Origin: Octopus vulgaris
Lineage: Eukaryota
Length of the DNA: 64,000 nt
Assembly: GCA_951406725.2 (NCBI GenBank)
Contig: OX597827.1
Location: 46,996,001 to 47,060,000 of the forward strand
Direction: 5' to 3'
The notes beneath the pieces were generated by a model. That model was not told the DNA's origin. It was given only the letters and a program-made list of their open reading frames with translations, and made no database searches. Shown piece after piece: positions 1 to 12,909 of the stretch. Numbering within the stretch: position 1 is the first letter of the stretch; the number at the start of each line of letters is the position of its first letter. The translations under genes and the position numbers were made by a program.

Positions 1-145
1 AATCATTATAGTAAAAATATTAGTAGTAGTAGTAAAATCACTTCAGTATAAATATAGCCACTCATCAGGTTAAAGATAATTACAATAATAAAATAATTAA
101 TTAATAAATATACGTAAATAATCTTGTAAAATACAAATATATTCT

Positions 146-327
146 TTAAAATAAAGACGAAGACAGGTGGTGTAGACAACAAACAGATGTATTAGTCTGA
201 CGCTCGGGAAGTGAAAGTCTTTCGCGTTTCGAGCCTACGCTCTTCCACCGAAAGGAACACAGAAAGAAACAAGCAGAGAAAATAAAGAATGTGTAGTGGT
301 TAGCGATCGACGCCCCCATACCCCCTA
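146..327 (-). repeat. Short PLE pLTR-like non-autonomous repeat with degenerate HHR-like motif (219-254)
   Basis: Minus strand TGGAAGAGC-GTAG-GCTC-GAAA-CGCG. Shares the gacgctc(a/g)ggaa...tttcgagc...gctcttc pattern with the copies at 49.8 and 51.6 kb. Followed by (TA)n. Confidence 0.5.
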
Positions 328-501
328 TATATATATATATATATGCACACATATATATTCCAGGGATTGGTGGATGTATTCTTCATTTTGATGGGAAAAA
401 GCACGATCCTTTGTTTCTCCGGTAACAGGGTTCTGCATTGTAAAACACCTCAACTCTTCAGTCAGTCACACTGCCAATTCCTTGGTTCCTGCTGCCTGCT
501 T

Positions 502-524
502 TGTGTGTGTATATGTGTGTGTGA

Positions 525-609
<85 letters not shown>

Positions 610-628
610 TGTGTGGGTGTGCATGTGT
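502..628. repeat. (TG)n microsatellite
   Basis: Direct reading. Confidence 0.95.
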
Positions 629-1344
629 GACGCCTGACAGGTTATGGGTGTGTGAAATGAAAACATTACACAGCAATGCAGAAGGAACAAATTGAACCAG
701 TAATTGAATTTCAGATTTCCATTTCCATCAATTTATCCATCAGCCTTTCCAATACATCCATCCATTTATTTCTCTTTTGATTTGCACAAAACAACTTGGG
801 GAGATGTTTTCTTTTTCAATTAAACATTGAAATAACGTTGGCGGTAGTTTTCACAAATATTTGTCTAACCTTTTTTTATATTTCTTTCTTTGTTTTTCCT
901 TTCTTTCTTTCTGTTATCTCTACAAGGATGGCAGCATATGACACCGAGGGAATTCCCAAAATTGCCGTTGGTCTTGTCTTCATTTTATTTCCTTTTCTCA
1001 GATTATTGTTTTATCCTCTTGTCTCTCCTCTCTCGCCATTATATTTCAGACAAAACACAGCTAATTTTTTAAGATAATTTTGTTTTTTACTGAAGGAACA
1101 AAAAAGTATTAAACTAAAATTATAAATACATTCATAAAATTATAAATACATTCACAGCTAACAGAAGACTAAAAATAAAAAAAATAAACCACAAACTATG
1201 AAAAAGAAATACTTCATATTTTATTAAAAGATAGTTCTTTTTGTCTAAATTTGAAAATAATATAAAATCGATTCAAGAGTATTTCTAAAAATGTATTTTC
1301 AACTTAGAAAATTGTTAAGAGATTTGATATTTTAAAAACAAAAC

Positions 1345-1782
1345 TTAATATACTGGTTTGAAGCACCGATTTGGTAGAAGCGTTTGGATGCCGGGCAAAA
1401 TACTTAACGACATTTCTTCCGGCCTTACGTTTTCAATTTGAATTTCACTGAAATTTACTTTGTCTTTCATCGTTTCAAGGTCGATGAATAAGCACCAATT
1501 GAGCCCTGGGGTAGATGTCATCGACATAGTCTCTCCTCTAAAATTCCTGATCTTGTGTCAAGATGTGAAACCAATTAATGTCCTGGTTTAAGGCGCCGAT
1601 TTGGCAGAATAGTTTTCATTTGTTCCGATTTTGCGTTCTAAATTCAAATTCTGCCAAGGTAGACTTTGCCTTTTATCCATTTGGGAGCGATAAAAAAAAA
1701 GAACCAGTCGAGTACTGGAGTCGATGTAATCGACTTCCCTCACCTCAAAATTTCTAAGCTTTGAGCCCATAGTAGACAGAAT
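1345..1782 (+). mobile_element. Two decayed tRNA-derived SINEs (family B)
   Basis: Degenerate matches to ggcggcgagctggcagaa...gactttgcctttcatcc...aagtaccag...ggggtcgat, which is intact at 39.3 kb. Confidence 0.75.
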
Positions 1783-2835
1783 AAATATACTGGTTTTCTT
1801 GTAAAAAATGGCAACTGAACACGGTAAAAGGCAAGTTCCCGGCTAGATATTTTAGCGACGTAGTTCCGATACGCTGCGGTAATTATTTTAATTTTATCCA
1901 TATCGCTAATGTCCTTCAGGAAAATATTTTATTTCACCACGTTACGTTACATTCTCTACTAAAATATTGGAATATTTGTTCCTGATCAGATCAATCCAAA
2001 ATTATGTTTGACAGATACAGCTAGAGGAAGCTCTCAGCTACCGGCTATTTGACATCACAAAGCTGCCAGAATCACCAGATCAAAGGTGAGAAAACCTTCA
2101 CTAGCAAGTGAATATTGCGTCCGTATTCAAATTTGAAACTACGCGCTGACGAGTCTCTGAAAGATTTCCATAAAATAATAAAATCCTCTTTGAACATAAA
2201 ACCGAAGCGGTAGTTTTGTATCAGTTTTATATCCATGGATAAATAAATATAATATTAAAGATTCATTATTTTTTCAGTACATTTTATGCTGAAGAAAATT
2301 GCACTTTTGACGCTTTTGATGACACTCTTTCATTTCATGTCATAAAATACTTATTGGAACAAACAAAGAAAAAAGAAAGAAAAAGAAGGCATGAATGAAC
2401 CAGATTCCATTTTCTCTTCGTCAACATACGAGGCACTTATATTTAGTTAAAGGTAAACAAAATTATGATACGTTATGTCGCAAGACAAATCACACGTAGA
2501 AGAAACACTTATGCTTTCGGTGTTGTTAGATGAAGCTGCTGCATCATTAGAGTACCTCTTTGAGAGCATTGCGCTGCTTCACTTACTTGCTAATGGGTGA
2601 CAGAAAAAAATATTATATATAAAAATATGAACGCCTGATATTCATGTTCTCATTTCTCAGATATAAATATGCAACCGTTTTTATAATGTTAAATTGAAAT
2701 AAGTGTTGTGAATTACACCATCCATACCAATACGCTTAAGACTATTCCTAGTCTAAATTAGAAAATTCCCTTAATAAATTTAATGCTAATTTACGTTTTT
2801 CAACATCAGTTCAATAAAGACCGGTATTTTACTAA

Positions 2836-3519
2836 AGGTATAGTTGCCCGAATTTCAGTTCAACTTTCTGTAGCAAGTAGATTAAACGTGGATTTCAGTA
2901 TATTGGCTTCAGAAAAACTTTCTTTAGCCCTTGCTAATAAGATATTTATAATCTTTAACCGTAAAGGTTCTTTTAATATACTGCCACAATTCTTGATGGA
3001 GTTTTTTTTCTGTAGAGAAAAAGACTACATCCCTTTTAATAGTAGTAAACTAATTACTGCATGCTGTAAGCACTACAATATGTAGCGGCGGCAAGTCGAC
3101 ATGTTGTTCTGAGACTTAAGCTAAGAACTTTTATTTTTGGATATAACGGGGTTACTCAGATGTGCTTGTGTTATTCGCTTCCGCTGTTTTCCAGAGGCAC
3201 GTGTGAGTATCTCACTTATATTCTCTCGTAAGCTTAACTGAAGACGAACGAACCCTTATGGTGTTAATTCCGAAATTGATTCAATATTGAGATAACGAAA
3301 TTTAAATGTTCCAGAGGTATAGTTGCCCGAATTTCAGTTCAACTTTCTGCAGCAAGTAGATTAAACGTGGATTTCAGTATATTGGCTTCAGAAAAACTTA
3401 CTTTAGCCCTTGCTCATAAAATATTTATAATGTTTAACCGTAAAGGTTCTTCTAATATACTGCCACAATTCCTGATGGAGTTTTTTTCTGTAGAGAAAAA
3501 GACTACATCCCTTTTAATA

Positions 3520-3522
<3 letters not shown>
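2836..3522 (+). repeat. ~207 bp direct repeat (2836-3043 and 3315-3522), ending at (TA)n
   Basis: Both copies run aggtatagttgcccgaatttc...gactacatcccttttaatagta with few substitutions. Confidence 0.9.
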
Positions 3523-3586
<64 letters not shown>

Positions 3587-4310
3587 CATACATATAAGGA
3601 CAAGTGTATTAAAATGGGTCCGGGGGAAAACTCAATTAAATAAAAGGGTCGAGGCCCATTGTGAAGAGGTTGGGAACTTTTTCCTATTAGACTTCCTTCG
3701 TGAATTGGATATGATGTTGTCATCGCAGTTATTGCATTGACGCTCTCTAATTCATCATAATCACTGATGTTTCATAGGGCTTAATGATCTTCAAAGATTT
3801 TACTATTTTAACTACAACGGGCATTGGAAAAACACTAATAAATCGTTGAACGAATATAGATTTCTAAATGACAAATAAATTTTGTGTTTCGTATACATAA
3901 AGCTTTTAGACCTTGAATTCGGTATCTCCGTATTCAGTAATTCAGGCTGAGGAAATATTGAAAAATTGAACTAAAACTCTGATGGTTACAGTGGTGATTA
4001 TGTTGATTAATTCAATTTTCTTCGATCGATCATAAATAACTGTATTTTTTCATGTTAGCTCCGCTAGCATTAGGATATTATACACCGATATTTCTATGAT
4101 TATACGAAACAACAAAATACTCGAAAATTTTCGGCTCACCCTCTCATTATTTTATAAGTTTCAGCAATTGAACTGCGGCCCTGTAGGAGAACAACATTCA
4201 ACGATTATTAATTAACTCTATTGAATCCAATACTAATTCTGGAACTTAATTCATCGATCTCTGTTAATTCCAATAATACTGAATTTACAATGATATGCAG
4301 TCACATATGG

Positions 4311-4358
<48 letters not shown>

Positions 4359-4688
4359 ATACACACACACACACACACATATATATACTTATATGCAACA
4401 CATTGATACATAAACACGCACACAAATATGGACACATGCACAAACTGATAGACAGTTACACATATGCACTCACATATATACATGCGCTAAAATGTTAGCT
4501 TTAATGTTTTGGTCAATTTGCAAGTAATAAAAACATTTTTTAGTTTTCATCAAGCGATTCTTGTGTAATCAGGAAATATTAAACAATGAAAATATTGATT
4601 AACAAAGTATTCTGATGTTTATTAATTTCCAAGAATTTTTATTGAGTCCATATCTCTGTATGTGTGCATGAATATGAAAGTGCGCGTG

Positions 4689-4696
4689 TAATAATA

Positions 4697-4770
<74 letters not shown>

Positions 4771-4810
4771 TATGATAATAATAATAATAAAAATAATAAT
4801 GATGATGATG

Positions 4811-4867
<57 letters not shown>
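4689..4867. repeat. (AAT)n/(GAT)n microsatellite
   Basis: Direct reading. Confidence 0.95.
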
Positions 4868-4868
<1 letters not shown>

Positions 4869-4914
4869 CAATAATGTACATTGTTTTGTCTTGGTATAAA
4901 ACATGGGCTACAGC

Positions 4915-5165
4915 AAATATTCTGCTCAATACCATAGATTTTCTTGGCAGTTGTTTGCCCTCAACCAGTTGAGCATGTCCCTTAGTGACTGACGATATGT
5001 ACATCTCTGACCAGTGGGGGAGCATCATAGCCGTGTGTTGAGAGGAATTTTTGGAGGTTTGGATAATTCACCGTTGGAAACATGGCTGTTCGTTCAACAT
5101 CCTTAAACTATCCTTATTCAGGGACTTTTTGAGCGGGATGGACTACTCGACCAGATGAAAATATC
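4915..5165 (+). mobile_element. Fragment of an (AAT)n-associated non-coding interspersed repeat
   Basis: gtgggggagcatcatagcc...gggatgg(g/a)ctactcga is shared with 26712-27113. Confidence 0.75.
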
Positions 5166-5169
5166 TATT

Positions 5170-5610
5170 GGACAATATGTCAACATTACAACATCAAAAC
5201 TGACGGCAGGTGGCATAAGCATGTGCCAAGCAAGGTACAATACAATGATCAGGCCACAATCATCTGGTTCAAACCGACAAAGAAATGAAAGCTAATCGTC
5301 CAGACATAATAGTCAAGGATTGGGAAAAAACACCTGCTTACTGATAGACAGTCCCTTCTGGTCAAAATATTGTCCAAAAAGAAGTGGAGAAATTGTCGAA
5401 ATACAAATACCTCGAAACTGAAGTATTTAAAATGTGGGGCATGAAGGCAAAAAACAATACCAATAATAATTGGAACATTAGGCATGATAAAAAAAAATCA
5501 TTGAATAAAAATGTAGAAGCTATACCTGTATGCTTAACACAACACACTGTTAAAAAAATAGCCCTGCTAGGAACAGCCCACATCTGACGCAAGACACTAT
5601 CAATCCAATA
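5170..5610 (+). pseudogene. 3' fragment of R4/Dong-like LINE (RLE domain), frameshifted
   Basis: gctaatcgtccagacata (ANRPDI), EKLSKYKYLETEV and KIALLGTAHI parallel the C-terminus of ORF 53461-55494. Confidence 0.85.
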
Positions 5611-6718
5611 ATACAACCTATACAAAACAACCCACAAATACAAGACACACTCTATACAGCATTTACCTAGTGAAATAAACTCCCATCAGCAAGCTCAGAA
5701 ACCAAAGCATTATAAGCTCAATACGCAATATAAGCAATAACATAACAAAAGATAACACAATACAGTACCGGTCAGAATTCGCACACTTTCAAGAGCAGAG
5801 AAGAACACACAATACTGCACACACCCCAGCAACACGGAGTGTAGCAGGTGATACAGTAGAAATTTGCCTCAATCTACCAAATATTGAACAGTTATATAAT
5901 GATGATGATAATAATAATAATGATAATAATAATAATAATAATAATAATGATAATAATAATAATAATAATAATGATAAAAATTAATAACATTAATAACAAC
6001 AACAACAATAAAAATTTCAAAAAATATTAGCCTTGGTCAAGCTGAGTTAATTATCATTCGTGTTCTTCCTAGTGTAATAATAGTAGTTAAGTATTATGCG
6101 TACGTTGTCTAATATTTTTGGGAAAACTACGATGTCCATTTGCTTCAGCATATATTCTCTCGACACGAAAGGGAAGTCGAGACAGAAAATAATTAATTTT
6201 AAATAACACGTACACACACTCACACACACACATACACACGCCAACACATCTAGAGTTATATAGTTATTTTGGTCCAAGTTAATCTCTTACTATTCAGGAA
6301 TTTTGACCATATAGTCACAGAATCACGAAGAAAGTTATGACCTCCTGGATGACCTGTGAGTACGCGACGAAACTGGAGATTATCAAGAGACTACCTCGAC
6401 TAAAATGAAAATATAAAAATAGTATTTATGAGGACTCTGCTATCGTGTATTCATTCTTCCGACAGTCAACACTAAAGTATTTATATACGGCTTGTGTGTA
6501 TATCTATACATGCTATATATATATATAGTTATGTTTATATGCCAACATAACGTGGCAGTCTTGAAAAGGACGATATTACATATGACTAAAAAAACAAAAT
6601 GTCCGAGAGAGGGCAAATGCGACAAAACATGTTTAAATATAACACATCTACGTCACTGGTTAAAAAAGTAACTCTTCTCAGAAAACCTGATAGTCTTTAA
6701 CTAAGTTCTGTCACAGTA

Positions 6719-6986
6719 CAGTAATCCCTCGACTATTGCGGGTTCCAAAACTCCTCGCGATAGGTGAAAATCAGCGAAACAGAAGCAGTACAGTATATAT
6801 TTTTAAATTATTTTTTATAATTTGTACATATTTATGCTATTATAAGTGCAAAACAACACCACAAAGGAAGCGGCGTAAGCTTAAATAATAAACCACGATA
6901 CGTGACCCGCGAAAGGTGAAGCGCGAAAGGTGAACCGTGAAAAATGAATCGCGATAGGTGAACCGCGATGTGGTGAGGGATTACTG
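6719..6986. mobile_element. Tc1/mariner (pogo/Tigger-type) MITE
   Basis: Terminal inverted repeats CAGTAATCCCTC...GAGGGATTACTG with TA on both sides; internal cgcga(t/a)aggtgaa repeats; no ORF. Confidence 0.85.
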
Positions 6987-6999
6987 TATACATTTATTC

Positions 7000-7244
7000 T
7001 TTTACTCTTTTACTTGTTTCAGTCATTTTGACTGCGGCCATGCTAGAGCACCGTCTTGAAGGTTTTGGCCACATGAATCAACCCAGTACTTATATCTTTT
7101 TTATAGCCTGGTCCTTATTCTATTGGTCTCTGTTTTCCGAACCGCTATCTTACTGGGATGTAACATGCTAACACCGATTGCCAAGCAGTGATGGGAGAGA
7201 CAAACACAAACACAAAGACACACACGTAGCCACACTTACACAAA

Positions 7245-7292
<48 letters not shown>

Positions 7293-7414
7293 CATACGAC
7301 GGGCTTCTTTCAGTTTCCGTCTACCCAATCCACGCACAAGGCCTTACTCAGCCCGAGGCTATTGTAGCAGACACCTATGCAAGGTGCTACGCAATGGGAC
7401 TGAACCCGGAACCA
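7000..7414 (-). mobile_element. tRNA-derived SINE family A, head truncated
   Basis: ttttacttgtttcagtcattt..gactgcggccatgct...cgacgggcttctttcagtttccgtctacc...gggactgaacccggaacc, same as the 32.2, 37.0 and 47.8 kb copies. Confidence 0.9.
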
Positions 7415-7899
7415 AGATTCTTATGTACGCCTGTTAAAAATATATATTTAAAAAAATACGAAGAGTAAATATGAAAAAAAAAAAGACTTTAATTAATGGT
7501 ATGCTGTTTGATATGAGATCTTCATGCAATATTTACTTTAGGGTTATGCATGGTACATTTACCGTTCTTTTCAACACATACCCAATCAACTAATCAACCG
7601 AATGATTATGCGACATGTTCTCCGGGGTTTGACTTATGATTCCTATTGGCAAAAATATCTTAGATGTTTTTTCGAGTGAAATCAATTGACAAAAAATATG
7701 TACTTTATACGGTTGAATGATCCACTGAGAAAGTCGTAATCGGCTGAAGCACTTGAAAAAAAAAAATTTCTCTTTGAAGATTGGTTTTTCTTTTTCCTAA
7801 GCTTAGCAGTGTGGCGTTCGAATCGCATCTTCCTGTCAACTTAGTCAACAAGATAAAGGTCTTCAATCCTTCGAAGTTGTCATCATTCAGCGTCGTCCA

Positions 7900-7994
7900 C
7901 GTCATCAATCATTATTTTATAGTCGTTATCATCATAAATAGCACCATCATTGTTGGCGCTCTCCTCCTCCTCCTCCTCCTCGTCGTCGTCGTCG

Positions 7995-8033
<39 letters not shown>

Positions 8034-8240
8034 ATATCATCATTATCACCCTCCTCTTCCTCCTTCTCATTATCATCCTCATCGTCGTCGTGGTTGCCCA
8101 CCTCCTCATTACCATCATCATCATCATCATCATCATCTTCATAATCATCATTATCACCCTCCTCTTCCTCCTTCTCCTCATTATCATCCTCATCGTCGTC
8201 GTGGTTGCCCACCCCCTCATTACCATTGTCAGCAGCATTG

Positions 8241-8275
<35 letters not shown>

Positions 8276-8421
8276 TTCATAATCATCTACAGCTACAAAA
8301 TAGCAACAACACTAGCATTTAATAGATTTCCATCCCCCTGATGATACTATACTACACTTAAATCAAGTAAACAATAGCAACAACAACAAAAACTACTACA
8401 ACTACTACTACTACTATAATA

Positions 8422-8469
<48 letters not shown>

Positions 8470-8499
8470 AACTACTACTACTACTACTATAATGTACTG

Positions 8500-8531
<32 letters not shown>

Positions 8532-8557
8532 GCTACTACTACTACTATAATATACTG

Positions 8558-8614
<57 letters not shown>

Positions 8615-9560
8615 TAATATAATACTCCACACTGTATCACAAAACCGCCATAAAACTAAAACCACCGCAACCACCACCCCATCACCACCACCACCACCAC
8701 CAAAACCACCACCAAAACCACCACCACCACCACCATCACCACTACCACCACCACAATCACCACCACTACCAATACCACCAAAACCACCACCACCACCACA
8801 ACCAATACCACCTATCACCAGTACCACTACAACAACCGTCACTGCCAAAGCAATTAGTCACATCAACACCATTACCTCTATACAACAATGGTACTTAGTA
8901 ACTCTACCTACTTTCAGTATCAACCATTCCAGCCGCGACTACCACTACACCACCATCATTACCACCATCACCATTATCACTACCGCCACCGTTGCCACTA
9001 TCACCACCGCCACCAACACCTCTTCCAACTCCATCACCTACACCACTACTACCACCGTCCACAACCACAACTACAACCTCCACCAGACCACACCACACCA
9101 CCAGCACCAACACTAAGCCAACAGCATCACCATCCCAACCACCACCACAGCCTCCACCATCATCATAACCACAACTACCACAACCACCACCAACAATGAT
9201 AACACTGCCATAACCGCTGCCACTTCCACTATCACTCCACCGGTCTACCACCACCATCAATCTATCAACCACCACTACGGCCACCCCCAGAATGGCCAAC
9301 CCCCACCACGGCCACCACCACCATCACCACAACCTTTATCACCAACACCACCTTCTGCACCAGCCACACCACAACTACCATCGTCTATACCATCACGCCG
9401 ACAATATCCGTCTCATCCGTCCCACCACCACTACTACCATCATCGCAATCATCACCACCACTATTAACACTACCACCATCACCAGCTGCACCACCAATAG
9501 CACCACCAATACTATCGCCACCGCCACAGTCTGTACTACTACCTGAACCATCACCTCCAA
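7900..9560. repeat. Compound trinucleotide low-complexity block: (CAT)n, (TAC)n, (CAC)n-like
   Basis: Direct reading; source of spurious poly-I/D/S/H/G ORFs. Confidence 0.9.
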
Positions 9561-10520
9561 ACCACCATCGCTGCCTCCGTAACCTCTAACTGCAGAATCT
9601 TCATCTATTAAACTAAACAACATCCAAAAATACCACGACTACAACATAAACACTACAGTATCAGATGGCACTCAAGCTCTAACCTGCACCTGCTCACCTC
9701 CGTGCCACACTGCGCCGCACCGCGCTGCACAATGTCGCACCGCACCGCACCGCGCCGTGCAACACCACGCCAGACCACAACATAACACGCAAAAACTACT
9801 TCGTAGTTCTTAGTACATATTTACGTACATTAGCTGATGTAAAGTTTGTGGAAAACGAACAACGCTGTGACTTGATTAGCCTCAGGCCAAAATGTTTTTA
9901 AAATATTGGAAAAGTTGATCTGTGCCGTTGCTGGTGCAAAGCACATACATACATACATACATACACATACACATCTATAAACATACACATACTAACTCAC
10001 ACGTACGTGCGCACCACCACTCTACACACTTGCACGTACGCATTCGCACGTGCACACACTTGTACTAGCTTAACGTATAGAGTATGTTGTATATATGTAT
10101 ATATATATATATATGTTTGTATATATATGTATGTATATATATATATATGCATAAATGTATATTTACATACATATACATACATACACACATATATGTATCT
10201 CTGTATATGCATATTATTTATATATAAGTATGTAAATATACATTTATGCATATATATATATATATATATATATAGAATATACATACACTATATGTATATA
10301 TACTTACACTATATATATATATACACTATATATGTACATATATATATAAATATATATATGCATATATATAGACACATGCATATACATGTACATATGCACA
10401 CAGATATATGTATATATGCATATATACATACGTACATATATACACATACATATATTTATATACGTACTCATATACACATTTGTAAGTAAACACCTACAAA
10501 ACTATATATATATATATATA

Positions 10521-12908
10521 TAAGAAAATAGTAAAGTGTGAAAAAACGACAGAAGGCTTAAATGTTAAAAGATATATATATTTGTGTCAAAATGTCTGGA
10601 GAATATTGGAAAAATTTTTTTTCCTTTCCTTAAAATGACATAATTTTTAAATTTTTAAAGAAATTACCGGTTTCGCGTGTAGCTTTTCAAATTTCTTGTG
10701 ACGTTATGTTTATATTGCATGGATTTATCGTTGTTTTTATTTCCAGGAGATTTCTAAATAAGGGGAGGTAGTGAGTGATTTTTTCCGGTGTAGGGGAGAT
10801 AATCGCTTAAAAAATTTTTTTCCCATTTCCTTGTTAATTTCTCTGTGTCAGTATGTTCGGATGGTTGAGTCTGGGTTTGTACTTTTCAATGAAGAATGTT
10901 TCCTTGTTCAGTCTCATTTGTGTTGATGATCCGAAAGCACATTGGTAAAATGGGAAGATTAAAAATTGTGGCAGTAGTTGCTTTGCGCATTTCTCAATGT
11001 GCTCACTAAAAGGTATCATTCTATATTCTGGGAATGCAATCTGTTGTCGATGCAGTGTGCATCTGCGCCTGAGTGATAGTCCCGTGGAACCCACGTAGTC
11101 TTGGTGGCAGCCCGAGCATTTAATAACATAAATTATGTTTTCAGAGGCACAAGTAAAGTTAGATTTGATCTTAAATTTCTGTCCTTCTTTAAAGAAGAAT
11201 TCTGATCCTTCCAATAGGTTAGGACATGTTGCACAGTTCGATCTACCACATTTTTTTACTTTTGCATCCGTAATTTTAGAAGACAATTTTGCCTTTGTGA
11301 GAATCTTTATAAGTGATTTAGGCTGTTTGTAGCTTTTAATGATTTGGTGTATGTTTAGAATTTCCTTAATTTTGGGTTTTTATGAAGTATTGGTAAATTC
11401 TGGGTGATGATGGTGAAGGCTTCTTTGTTTCTGGGGTTGTATGTAGATATGTAAGGTAGTATTTTCGGGGAAGGTGTGTTGTTGTGTTGAACTTTTCTTA
11501 AAGTTTCTATGTTGATTTCTGTTGCACGTCTGATCCCATCCTCTATGAGTTGAGCTGGGTAATGTCTGTCAATTAGGGTGTTTTTGAGTTCTTGCAGTCT
11601 AAAGTTCCTGGTATTTTGTTCTGACACTATTGTGCATATCCTTCTTGCAAGGTTGAAGGGTATGTTTGTTTTAGTGTGTCTTGGGTGGCATGAATTAAAA
11701 GAAGGTATTGTTTGGCGTCTGTGGCTTTGTAAAAAATGTCTGTTTCTATTTTAAGGTTAATTTTTTTAATTAGTATATCCAAGAACGGGAGCTCCTTTTG
11801 GTTGTATTCCATTGTGAACTGTATATTTGGGTTTATGCTGTTCAATAGGTTTTTAAATTTTAGGAGTTTATCTATGTTTTCATTCCAGAGAATGAAACAA
11901 TCGTCTAGGAATCGTTTCCAATTCTCTTTTATATATTGAGAGAGGGAGTTTCCAAAGATTGATAGAGATTCCTGGTAAATGATTATTTCCATGTATCCCA
12001 TTGTTAAGTTCGCAATGACTGGTGCTGCCCTTGTACCCATAGCAATTCCGGATTTTTGACGGTAAAATGTATTGTCAAACATGAAGTGGTTATTGTGTAG
12101 GATGAATTCAATTGATTTAGTAATGAATTCCTTACTGATCCTTTTTGGTATTTCTTCCGGAAATTGGTCTAACCAGAATTGTATTGCCTCCAGTCCATAA
12201 TTATGAGGTATACTGGTATACAAGTTGACTACATCAAATGAAACCAGGATTGTTTCTTCCTTGGTTTTTTTTGGAAGGTGGTTTAACATATCTAAGTCAT
12301 CTCTGATATGGCTATCGATATGTTTAAGGAAGGGTTTCAAGAGGATGTCCATAAGTAGACTTAGTCTGTGTGTTTCACAGGTTGGGCCAGCTACAATGGG
12401 TCGTAGTTTTAGGTCCCCGGATTAGGTGTGTGTATGTATGTCTTTGGTGATTTTTTAATGGTTTCATTTATAATTTGACTTTTATGAATTTTTGGCAGAC
12501 CATAGAAAAGGCTAGGTTTGCATTTAAAGTTTGTTAGGAAATCAATCTCTTTGGTTGTCAGTTCCTTTTCATGGGTTTTAATTAGTGAAGATAGAGTTTT
12601 CATTATTTTTTGTGGGGTGTAGTTGGTAATTTTTTCATAATGTAGGTCTTCATCAAGCAAGGAAATTACAAGATTTCTGTAGTATGATGTATCCATTATT
12701 ACAACTGCATTTCCCTTGTCCGCTTCCTTAATGGTTATATCTTCATCATTTTGGAGTTCTATCAGTTCTTTCCATTGTGTATTGTTAAAATTTGGGTTAG
12801 CTTTCTGTTTATGTATAGTATGGTAGGGGAAGTTCTCAATGTGGTTACAGAATTCGTCAAGATCTTTATTTCTTCCTCTGTGTGGGATGTGTTCACTTTG
12901 ATGTGTTC
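10521..12908 (-). mobile_element. PLE (Neptune-like), 5'-truncated, left arm of palindrome
   Basis: ORFs 12409-12696, 11627-12352, 11355-11627 and 10834-11286 join into RT + GIY-YIG; reverse complement of 12909-15244. Confidence 0.93.
10658..10697 (-). ncRNA. Minimal HHR-like motif with variant core, in PLE 3' region
   Basis: Reverse complement of 15069-15108. Confidence 0.6.
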
Positions 12909-12909
12909 A

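Noticed and set aside
2015-2085. AG...GT-bounded 71-nt exon-like segment (IQLEEALSYRLFDITKLPESPDQ)
   Set aside because: No recognisable homology or partner exons; a nearby ctgacgagtc (2146) suggests a decayed PLE end instead.
6340-6382. HHR-like CTGGATGA...GACGAAAC, and a similar minus-strand TTGAAGA...GAAAC near 3765-3795
   Set aside because: Core or stems are too degenerate to call.
12751-12908. N-terminal ~53 residues of ORF 12751-14007
   Set aside because: This is antisense read-through of the left arm and spacer; PLE homology on the plus strand starts at FCNHIEN (~12910).
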